Below, one piece after another: positions 1 to 11,700 of a DNA stretch of 64,000 nt (its first letter is position 1; each line of letters opens with the position of its first letter). The position numbers and the translations under genes were made by a program. The DNA is taken from NCBI RefSeq assembly GCF_008831285.2, contig NC_045138.2, positions 7,564,001-7,628,000 on the forward strand, given 5' to 3'. This DNA is from Nymphaea colorata (lineage: Eukaryota). The notes under the pieces were generated by a model. That model was not told the DNA's origin. It ran no database searches and was given only the letters and a program-made list of their open reading frames with translations.

Positions 1-1847
1 AGAGAGAGAGAAAGAAAGAGAGAGAAAAGAAAAATGAGAAAAGACAAAAAAAATATTTTGTTGGTTAGTATATTTTAGGTTGTTTGCATTTGTAGAGATA
101 GAAAGAGAGAGAGAGTACTTTTTGTTAGCTTTGATGTTTTTTTTACATATTTTATTAGTTTTTTATTATATATTGATTTTAAGTCTCTCATGTGTATAGA
201 GAGAAAAAGCAAGACAGTGTTTGTCTTTTCAATATGTTTTCCAAAATATTTTCCTTTGTCTTTATATATATATATACGTATATATATATATATATAAAGA
301 TAGAAAAATGCAAAACATGTGTGGAACTTGTCCGTCTAATTATTTAAACAAACAGTGGGCAAGACAAGTTGAAAAAGTTTTGTCATTGTTATAAACAAAC
401 ATTGAACAGAATTACACCTTATCAATATGGACAATGACTCTTCGTTCTTAGGACACTTGTTCTAAGGGCAAGTGTCTTAAAGAATAGTTGTTTTTTCAAT
501 CAAACGGTCTTTAAGGGAACATGCGTGGAACCATAAATTATATTGATATTTTTAAAAAATTTTAATTTGTTCTTTGAAAAATATTATTTTATAAATCTTG
601 AAGATACTATGTGGCCTTTAAAAAAAATAATTTCTAGCTCTATCCTTCGAAGGAAAAAGAACTATGAAGGTGCCGATTATTTGTCATGGTTTGGTTCAAT
701 AGTAATGATATTGTTTTCCGAGACGTGCAGCTGGATATTAGGAAAATGAAGTTGGATAATTTATTTGATGTATCTTTATTGATGATCCATGGAAGGGCTC
801 GCCCATACCAAGGGTTGAGTGTATGCTGGTTGTTGCCATGATGTATAATTTTGGCTTCCTTTTTAGTGTTTTGCTTGCCCAGTTGTAACCCCTAACAACC
901 TGTAGGACATTTGAAATACCTCTCTTTCTTGGGGGATGTGATAACCAAACTCGCAATTCAAAACTTGGGGGATGCTATATTGATGATATTGAGAAATGTT
1001 GAGCTTGGGATTAGAGGTACCATTTTGAAAGTGGATTGGCTCTCCCTCTTCCCCATATTTCCTCTCTCTCTCTCTCTTGCTCACATGTTCACCATAATAT
1101 AATATGCTCTCTCTCTCTTGGTACGTCAATAGGCAATAACATAATAAGCATATTTCTCTCATTCTTACACAAACAAATCTTTCTTAGGGTCTACTTTTGA
1201 CCTATTAAAATAAACTAATAAAGGCTATAATTTAAATTTAACAAGTAAATAAAGTAACATTAACACAGGTTTCTATTGCTAACCGATTGGCTCTACATGC
1301 AAGGAGGTTGTCTCGTCGCCCAATATCGATGCAGTTCTGAACCCTTAGGGCAACTGAAAAAGGTTGTCTGGGGAGGGAGAGAGAAAAAGAGAAAAAAAGA
1401 AAAGGAAAGAAAGAAAGAAACAGAGACCTTCGTCCCTCATTTGGATGGCGGGATAACCTTCCCCTCACCCTAATAAATGCAAGTTATTTATTTTGATGAT
1501 TTTAACAAATGCATATCAATTGCATTCGCTCCTCTGTCTACTCTATTGGATCAATCCCCTTTAAGCATCCAACCTCTATTAGCAACCTGTTCTTGTGTGA
1601 GTCCAAAGGTACTGATGCTTATAATAAACAAGAAGATGGCATTTCACAAATGCCCCGCCGAGACATGGCAAATAAAAATATACATTCCATAAATGCCCCT
1701 GCCTTATTTCCATGACAAAAATTCTATTTCACGTATCTCTCTAGCTTATTTTTGCACACCCACAATTATTTCAGAAAATTTTCTTGGGTCTTTATTTCTA
1801 CGGATGCATATCATATGCAGCAACTCCTCTCTCTAATCTCCTCCATA

Positions 1848-2018
1848 CAGGGGTGGAGGTAGGGGGTGATGGGCCATTGCCCCACCTCAGATTTTTAAAA
1901 TTGTAACAAATTTAGTTTAACCTATATAAAAATTTTGAAGAATTATATTTTGACTTCTGTTAAAATTTTGAAGCTATAGTTCAGCGCCTTCAATGAAAAA
2001 TTTCTGGTTCTGCCCCTG
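1848..2018. mobile_element. hAT-type MITE (CAGGGG... family)
   Basis: Ends CAGGGGTGGAG / TTCTGCCCCTG; imperfect 8-bp TSD CCTCCATA/CCTCCACC; similar to 61715-61912. Confidence 0.55.
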
Positions 2019-2334
2019 CCTCCACCTTCTTGACTTATTCGACCTCTAGTAGCGACCTACTCCTAGGCAACACTTCCTACTCTACTCTCCTTCATATTCG
2101 TATGGATATGTACGATTCCGATAAACAAATTGAAATGTTTGTACACCAGTTAGTGATGACATACATGTAAGTTAATGGGGTAGTTTGAGAAATTGAATAT
2201 TTTGTGTGTGTTTCATCCGATTCAAAGGTTTGGGTAGATTCATAGACACCTAGTTCTAGCATTTAATGAATCTACTCCAAACTTTGATATAGATTCATGA
2301 AAAACTTACTTATTTTTCTAACAACCAAATTACC

Positions 2335-2850
2335 CCAAAAGGAATCACTGTTTAAAATTTGTCTTCAATATAACATCATGACTCTGTACCATTATACCAT
2401 TGTATCTATAGTAATTGCATTGCGTCAAATTTTATACGATGGTGTTGGCTATTGGAGACTTGATTAGTCAATAGCAACTACATATCTGTAACGTTAAGCA
2501 AACCTTGTCTAAGAATCTATTGACCGTACTTGAACTATAGTAATTGCTCATTGTTAGTATTATTATCATGGAACACCACACTCACAGACTGTTGGAACTA
2601 CCAAACGACTCCAAAAGGAATCACTGTTTAGCACTCACGTTCAATATCGACACTGTATTAACATTATACCATTGTATCAACTACACTGTTGTGCTCCAGT
2701 AATTCCATGACGTCAAATTCTAGAAGATGCTATTAGCTATTGGAGATTTGACTAGTCAATAGTAACTTCGTACGTGTAACTTTAAGCAAGCCTTGTCTAA
2801 AACATCTATTGGTCGTACTACTGCATGCAATTGCACAATGTTAGTATTAA
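2335..2850. repeat. Degenerate direct duplication, period about 277 bp
   Basis: CCAAAAGGAATCACTGTTTA occurs at about 2335 and 2612, followed by colinear similar sequence (CATTATACCATTGTATC, GCTATTGGAGA, AAGCAA.CCTTGTCTAA). Confidence 0.7.
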
Positions 2851-3217
2851 TATACTATAGTAATTGTACAACACCGGCGTTTAGGTAGAAATTGGTGGTT
2901 GTTATTATTATGATGTAATACGATATTTAGAAAACCAGTGTTGGACTTCTTTTATAATAAACTGCCTGCAGTTGGTCATCAATTCACCTGTCTCTATCTT
3001 ACGATATTTAGGTAAATTGCAGTCTATGCATATGTCAATATAGTAGAAAAATGATGTTAAGGACATAAATGGCATGATGGTTGAAAGAACCTACCTCAAA
3101 AATACTCACAAAGTGATCCAACTACCCAACGACCCCTAAGTGACTATCTACTAATGGAATGAAAAAAGTTTCCTAGTTTTTCAAAACCAATATAAAAAAT
3201 TTGTATGATAACTTGGA

Positions 3218-3537
3218 TATAAAGATGTCAACGGATCAGATTCGAACGGGATACACTTTCTCATATTCGCTTTTCCATATATCTATACAGTCAGATTTGA
3301 ACTCATATTTGAATTTTTCAGTTGCACAAAATTGTTTATCATATCTGAATCAGATATCTAAATTCATTATCTAAACGGAATCAGATACATTCAAATCTGA
3401 TCCGAATTTTTAATCGGATGTCCAATTTTTCTCATATCTTATTTTTTATATAGTTCTAATCGGAGGTCAAGTTCTTTTTCATTTTTTTTATACGGTTTTT
3501 TGAGATGTGGAATCCAAATCTGATTGGTTGACACCTA
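3218..3537. mobile_element. hAT-type MITE, same family as 60021-62769
   Basis: Starts AGATGTCAACGGATCAGATTCG, ends GATTGGTTGACACCTA; ATATCTGAATC-type subterminal repeats. Confidence 0.55.
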
Positions 3538-4671
3538 ATATGAGTTAAAAGTTCTCGAAGAACAACCTCTGGTCTTTAGCTGTCACCAGGAACGGTTCAG
3601 CTTTTACCACGCAGTGTGTGAATTCCACATCCATTTGGCACAACGATTGCACACTATGTGATCAGTAAAGCAATTCCAATGGCATCCACGGCTACCATCT
3701 CATTTTTTCTGACGATCATGAAAACGTCAAACACTTGCGTCCAACTTCTTGAGTGCAAGGAATCAGTCACCCAGTCGGAACTTGACTGACTGGTCGTCGA
3801 AGGATCAACAAGGAGACTTCCCTAATTCTTAACAATATAAATAAGAATTGGGTCGGCTACCAAAGAGAATAAATTAATTTTTTTTCATTTGATGTCCCCT
3901 AAGCAACAAGCTCGTCTTGAGCCAAACATAACGAACTTCCTCTCCATACATGAATGCTCACAGGGCATAATTGTGCAGGTCTTATAATGTTCCCGAGAGG
4001 ATGGAGGTAGCAGCAGGACAGTCCATACCTACCAAGACCTCTCCAAGCAACTAATTCACTTCTCAATGAATTTCAAGAAATTGAAATGCATTATGTGAAA
4101 TCAACCACCATATGACAACATCACGAGGTACAAACGCCTTTGGACATGGAGACAAATCTTTTGGGCCCAACCTATTAAAGAAAAAAAAAATTGGGGGATT
4201 TTTTCATTTTTCAGAAGTTGAGATATGTTAACAAGCCTTGCCCTTGCATGACAGGACACCGCGAGCAAGCTCAGCACCTCATTTCCATATCATACAAACG
4301 AAATACCCAGCAAGAATTTCTCTGGTTTGCTACTGTGTTTATACGCAGCTTTCATGGATGTAAAACATATTGTTAGGGATACAAAACGATTCGATCATGA
4401 AGGTGTTACAGCTTCAGTGTCGCGTGATGACCCCCCAAGGTCTTCGGCATGAACAGGAAGAAAATGCCTGTGGTGAAAGCTAAAAGTATCCTCCATTTTC
4501 TGTTTCTAATGGTATCTACAGGTCAAATGAAACCACTGTCAGTCTTCAGCTGCTTTTCTGCATCTCACAAATCAAAAATAACGTGAGCATCACTTCATCC
4601 TTGTGGTACATGACCGAATGAAATCCCCCTAGAGTAGAAAGCAAAACCAGCCACCGTTTTAGGCTTACCAG

Positions 4672-4743
4672 TTATAATATGGTCTGTGCGAGCAGGTCTT
4701 CTAATTCATCAATGATAGCTGCATAACAAAAGAAAAATTGATC
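4672..4743 (-). CDS. PTP1: PTP1 exon 8 ([23 protein letters not shown])
   Basis: TTGTCAG acceptor; DQ.F.CY.AI.DEL is the typical plant PTP1 C-terminus; stop TAA at 4674-4672. Confidence 0.92.
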   Translation of the reverse strand, partial: DQFFFCYAAIIDELEDLLAQTIL

Positions 4744-5686
4744 CTGACAACAAAAAGTAAGACAACCAGTATCAGCAAAATCAATGCCCAAGAGTAAAGC
4801 AAGCTTCCAAAAGAGTCAAGCTACGGAAGAATAACATAATTCTTTTCAAAATAAAAAATATAAGATACAGCAATATCCTTCTTTCCATTCAATATTACAT
4901 CCCTATAAAACCTAGATAGAGGATATACGGACTGAGTTAGAAATTCAGAACACCATCCACAGAATGCATATGCAAATGGGCGACGTAGATTATGAGCACT
5001 GACACCACATAACCAAAGATGCTGTAATAACCCCCTATAAAAACAGACCCATCTGCCTGATATGATGCATCCAGACCAGCCCTACAGCTTTGGTCCTTAC
5101 CAAGAAGGTTATGAACCAAGATGACTAGTGGTACAAGACCAAACTTATAAGAGCTCTCTAAAGTTCTCGATCTCAATAATATAGGATTATTGTTAGTCCT
5201 CCCAAATAATGTGCTACAAGTACAGCTGCATCATATTTCAAAAAAACTTGCATGCAGGTGCGGCATTATATGTATATGTATGTGTGTGTGTGTGTGTGTA
5301 GATATATATATAGAGAGAGAGAGAGTCTGTTTGCCATCACTCATTCACAGTTGCACCAAAGCACCTGGTTTGCACCCACACCAAGTGCACACCCAACTGT
5401 GTTATGGTAGTTGAAGCACCCATATGACATAGATGACCACTCGTAGTTTTAACCTTAGACCTGTCAAAATAAAATCTTGCACATCCAAAAGATTCCTCCA
5501 TGGTTTTTCTCGCACAGAACAGAGAAGGTTATGAACCAAGATAGCTAGTGGTACAAGACCAAACTTATAAGAACTCTCTAAAGTTCTCAATCTCAATAAT
5601 ATAGGACTATTGTTAGTCCTCCCAAATAATGTGTTACAGGTACAGCTGCATCATATTTAAAAAAAACTTGTGTGCAGGTGCGACAT

Positions 5687-5726
<40 letters not shown>

Positions 5727-8700
5727 GAGTATGTTTGCCATCACTCGTTGACAGTTACACCAGAAAGCACCTGGTTTGCACCCACATCAAGTGCACATCC
5801 AATTGGGGTATGGTAGTTTACTCGAAGCACCCATATGACATAGATGACCACTTGTGACCTAGACCTGTAAAAATTAAAATTTTGCCCATCCAAAAGATTC
5901 CTCCATGGTTTTTCTTGCAGAGAACAAAGAAAAGAAGGAAGACTTGCCCTCCATAAATTTTGGAAGCACGTCAACAGTAAGCTAACGACTTCATCAAAAT
6001 TTCAAATATTTATGGTCTATTCAAAAGATATTTACCCTATCATCTAATCCTTCAGGCGGCTATCAATCAATCAGGGGGTTTTTTCATAAAAATTGTTGTA
6101 AAGAATCAATTCAACCTTCAAAAGCTACAATGGATGCCAATCCCTATTCATCTGCGGCGGACACTTCTCAGCATGTCATTCTTCATTTTGCAACCACAAA
6201 CGTGTTTCAAGCATTGCCACAAATATCGTTCTTAGAAAAATCTCTGCAAGTTTTTTCTCGGGTATTTATCGACAAAGTTGTTGTTCTTCGAACAATCTCG
6301 ACAAAATCTCAGTAACCTTTAAAAATTTTTAAAAACAATAAAAACAACAAAAAACCTTAAAAATCAAAAAAATAAAAAATTATTAAAACCTCAGGAAAAG
6401 AACATGATAAAATTTCAGGATTTTCATTTTTGGTGATTTTTTCCTTTTTTCGTTTTATTTGATTTTCTTGTAAGTATCGCTAGATTTTAGAAAATATCAC
6501 GATATCTCTGATACTACGTTTTCAAGTAATAAACTATCAACTTTACATTTTTGTCTAAACCATGATTGTGCAGCGCATGAGCGGTTACAATAGAAAAAAG
6601 GCTCTAACACTAACAACATTGGAAGAAGTAAAAATGAATTTGGACAATCCGTCTCATTCTTAATCCAAAATAAATGGTGATGTAAGAGTATCGCCAATGA
6701 GATGAGTAGTCCATTTACATGCCTAAAAAACAGAGTTTGTCGTTGTAAGCAGTGAAAAATATTAAATTCCATCCAAACATACTGTCAAAAAACAAAAAAA
6801 AAATTCTAGGAAAAGCAAGTAGGTAAAAGAAAGTTTCACCAAATGCACAAAGAAAAGACAGAACGATAGATGATGGTTATTTTAATCTAGGTGAAGTAAC
6901 AATCTGATGAGAGTTAGAGCTACAGAAACTCTCTTCACACGTGGAACACATTTAGCCTAAGGACTCACTAAAATATTTTCCATGTTTTAGAAGCCAAACA
7001 GATATTCATAACAAAGCCCATAAAAGCAAATTTTTACTATTGAACACATATTTACCATGCTGTTAACAGGTTACTGTTTTACCCCATGAAAAAGGTATGC
7101 AGCATACACTTGTAATATTTCAAAAAAAAAACAAAAAAAATCTTAAATAAAAAAGCCCAAAATCGGTATAAATATTGTTCAAGTGTACTCTTCAAAATAG
7201 ACCACAGCAATGAACCATCTAATCCAGAAATTGCACTGAAGCACCTACTTGGACTAGTTATAAACCTGTATGCAGGTGAAAAATTCAACCAATTGGGCAA
7301 ACTGGAAGCAGATTGATGTGCGCCTAACGATTACTAATCTAGTGATGAAGTAAAAAAATAATTTAATGGACACTCAATTCATTTGAGTGTCTTTGTGTGG
7401 ATGTATCCTTTTGCAAACAAGAAGCCCCAGTTGACTTCTTGCAGAAATGAATAATTTAGTGGATCAGACACATTAACAAGACAATATTAAGTTACTAACC
7501 AGGATGAAACTCAAGTATGCACCTCTCACAAACAACTCGGAGAACACACTGAGAAAAGAATAGTTCACGTAAGCTTTTACCTTTGTCTGGACCATTCCAA
7601 TTCGCTGTGATCTGAGCCCAATGATTGTTTTATCAAGATCAACGGCTGACATGTCACCAGTTAGTATTCTTTGGACTGTGTGAAGGATGGTACAGAATGC
7701 ACCGGTCCTTCCTATACCAGCACTGGGTAAACAAGTCAAATGAAAAAAGGTTTAGGTTTGTATGCAAGTAACCGATAGCACCTATGAAAGATAAAAACCA
7801 GCATCTTCCAGTTACGACGCAAAATTAAACCTGCAATGCACAACCAAAGGGCCCAGTTCTGCTGGAAGATGATAAAGCCTCTTCAGAATATCACGAACAG
7901 CTCGAGTATCAACAGGCACTCCATGATCAGGCCAATCAGGATACTGCAAATGTAGTACAGGCAGCGGCGCAGCATTTGACTGCAAAGAATGGAACAAAAG
8001 AAAGAAACAGGCTACATGTCATTAGCGAACAAGTTATCTTACACATCAACGAATTCACAGTGCAGAATTTGTATGAGCATATGTGGAAGCCAGATGTGTC
8101 CACTTTGCATAAGTTATTCAAATAGAAAAGAAAATCAAATTTAAAGTAAAGGAAAGAGATACCAGGCAAGTTGTCCACAAGACTACCAAGAAAAAAATAA
8201 TAGTTAGACAAGTACTAAATAAATGAAAAGTTAACTCAAAAAACATGACAATGAAAAATAATTGCAAAACACTTAAAAAATTGAACAATCTTTGACGGGA
8301 AAAGGAACATGAGTCTTTTTGCTTTCAATGACAAGAGGAAAACAGTAATATAGGAAAGAGACAGAAGTCTCTCACCTTTCATTATATAAATAGCAAGTCT
8401 TTAGGGCTACTCAAAGAGTGACAAATTCCTTTTCAGAAAACACTCACTAGTCACTAGTATAAGATCCTCTCACACTAACACAACAAACAAATGCATGTAG
8501 AACACTAGATAAAGACTACCACCAATCCTGACTTTCTTGGTCTATCACCCTTCTCTGAATAAATGTGAAATTAATAAGGAGAAGTGATGAGAGAGAGACA
8601 AAGAAGTCAGTTGTTAGAATTGTGAAACATCGGGTCTAATTTAACCATATATACAAAATGGAGCAGCTGCACCCAGTGCCTACACTCATTTGAAATAGCT

Positions 8701-11700
8701 CACTCCCCTTGTTCCCCTTGCCTCTCACCTCTTGATTATTGACCTCCATGTAGCGCAACACTAAGGAAGTATCACATATCTTCATATGCTTTGTGGTGAC
8801 ACAAATCTTCCCAAATTGCCTAGAACCTTCCTCAGGATGGAAATAGTCACCACACTTCACCACCTGCAAAACAAAAGTAGTTAAAACAACAAAAGATCAA
8901 CCATCCAGACTCTCAATAACAAAACCACAAGTATCTTAATCACCCCTAAAAGGAACATTTATTTTTCACATTCTTAGAAGGAACATTTTCTCTCTCTACA
9001 TATGAAGGTTGATCAGGATAATATTTTCACATCCAAGGTCAATTGTAGCTTAAGTTTCTAGACACTTTCCGCAATGGTCATGATGCATTAAGCATTAAAA
9101 AAAAAAACTACAATATCAATGAAACTCAAACCAACTCTTATCAGTTATTAGGACAGAAAATGAAGTACCTTGTAATTATCAACCAGTCGAGTGAGCATAA
9201 CAACCACAGGGGCGTGGCACTGGTTTACCATTTCCCAGAAATCCTCAACAGTTTCTGGTAAAGGACCTTGTGTAGCTATAAAGCAAGAAAGGTTCCCACC
9301 AGTTGCAGGCTGCATGGCAAGTCATAGAAGTAGTCAAAAGAAATAGGCAGATCAAAAGTCATATTGCATTGAGAGGAACAATATACTCTGAGCTAGATGT
9401 AACTGGTACAATGCTAGCCAAAGAGAAGAAATATATAAATATATACCCTGATGAAGCTTGCATTGATATATCCATTTCCCATCAACTTGTTATCCTTACT
9501 TGAGTCAAGAACAACTCTTGAATCATCAACTGGAACAAGCAAATACCAGTCAATCACATCCACAGAAGGATCATCAAAAGACATAGAAAGAAAAAATCTA
9601 ATGATACCCAGCCAAGGAAATTTGCTATCTTGCTGGTTGCAAAAATGCTATAAGCCTATAATCTTCTCACATGGTAAAACATCTATATAACGGTTTTTTT
9701 CTGAATTGGCAATTTCAAGAGCAACCTTGCATCTCCTCTGCATCTCACTCTTTCTCAACCTGCTAGCCTATAAAAGGACATCATCAGAAGAAAGTAGGTA
9801 AATTATTCACTATTGAAACCTTTACGAAATAAATATAGGATCTCCTTCCACCATTTATCTAATCATCAAACACTTTTCCTATAGACTGTCAGTCCAAGAC
9901 AGAAATACATGCATGATCTGTATGAAAAGATAAACACATGTGAGAAGCGAAGAACTAAGATACCAATGGTTGTCACAATTTTAGAACCTAAATCACATGG
10001 GTGGGAGTACAAGTGCGGATTCAGGTACAGCAGTATGGTTTCAGACATCGCAAATTTGAAAATATAGATGCAGAGTATAGTTTGAGGCTAAGTCACATGG
10101 GGTACCTGGGAAACAGTGGACTACCAGTATGGCAATGTAACCATACATGGGTATGGGTATGGTGACACACCTGGGTATGATTTATTCATTAACTATTCAC
10201 ATTTTTATCTTTTGTGCAAATTCTGCTATGTTCTTATATTTCTGAGCTACATATGAACTACGAAAATAGCATAATTTGAGATACAAACATAATTTTGTTT
10301 ATGTCGTGACTTGTAAAAGATATTAAGCCACATAAATCTTCTAATAGTAGCTTCATCAGCAGCTTCATTTTGTATGATGATTATATTGCTGGGCCAAGTG
10401 CTATTATATATTGTTTAGCAACTTATGGTCTACCTCACACGGGTATGTCTATTTGGGTGAGGTACCAGTGCCGACACAGGTACGGGTATCAGTATAGGTA
10501 CACCCCTAGAAATGGTCAGACCTGTGTCCGCAATGATGTAAAAGGCGTATCGTAATGTGTATCGGTCGGGCCGACCTATACACTGTATCGTCACGTAGCG
10601 TAGCATATAGTAAATTAATGTTTTAATTCATAAAAATTTAAAAAAAATAGAAAAATTAGAAAATAATGGTAAAATAAGGAAAAGCAAAGAAAGTTTAGGA
10701 AAAAATGTCTTCTATTACTCTATATAAAAAAACTCATCACATCATTCATAAGCCATATATATTAACAACACATTTAGAAATTACAAATAAGAAATTCATA
10801 ATAACATAATAAGCGTCCATCACAACTTTAATGTTTAAACTTTAAAGTGTTTTAGATTACATTACAAGTTCACAACATATAATATATCATGATTATCATC
10901 ACTCAAGATCTAATTGTCCCCATGGGGCCATGAGTAAACCTTCTTCTCCACCAGCGAGTTCTCCCCTAAATCAATGATTTATCACATAAATGGGCTTTTT
11001 TTTTAGGAAAACTAGTAAAACTCCCCCCTCTCACAACTTTTAGACATGTTTAGAAAGATGAAGCGAGAGATTCTTTTGTAAAAAAAAAAATACAAAATTT
11101 CATTTTATCCCCGCTATCGTATGATACAGGAGCGTATCGGCTGTATCGTAAGATATGACCCTCGTATCACATGATACGTGCAATACGCATACGAGTGTAT
11201 CGTGTAGGCATATGGTATATGTATAAAAACCTATATGATACGAATCGCATGATACGGGCCCGTATCGTGCGATACGGATGACACTGGTCTGAATGACAAG
11301 TGGAAAACTTGCTCTAGAGGCAAAAAATAATCTTACCTGAAAAACCTGGGGGAAGGTAGGTTTTTCAGGCCCTTCATGAAAACCAGGTTTTAGCAAAACA
11401 CAGTTTCAATGTCATCCAAACATTCTTAAAATAGTGTTTTGGGGCAAAAACAGGATTTCTCCCAAAACCTAGTTTTAGGTTGTCAGCCAAACACCCCCTA
11501 GATGTTAATGACTCTAAAAGCAGAATGAAATCAAAATTAGATCAAAGTTGATCCAAACTTGCGTACTTTTTAGATCAAAGCTGATCCAAACTATTTAATG
11601 TTACTTAATTTGGTAACCCCTTTGGGTATGGGTACGATAACACGGGTATGTGCATCTTATTGAAGTACCCATGTGACTTAGATATATACATGTGTGTGTG

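Noticed and set aside
640..4150. Faint LINE-like motifs (VWFNSNDIVF at about 690, VDW...P at about 1030; PW...VEFTH on the minus strand at about 3610-3690)
   Set aside because: Too degenerate to call without a profile search.
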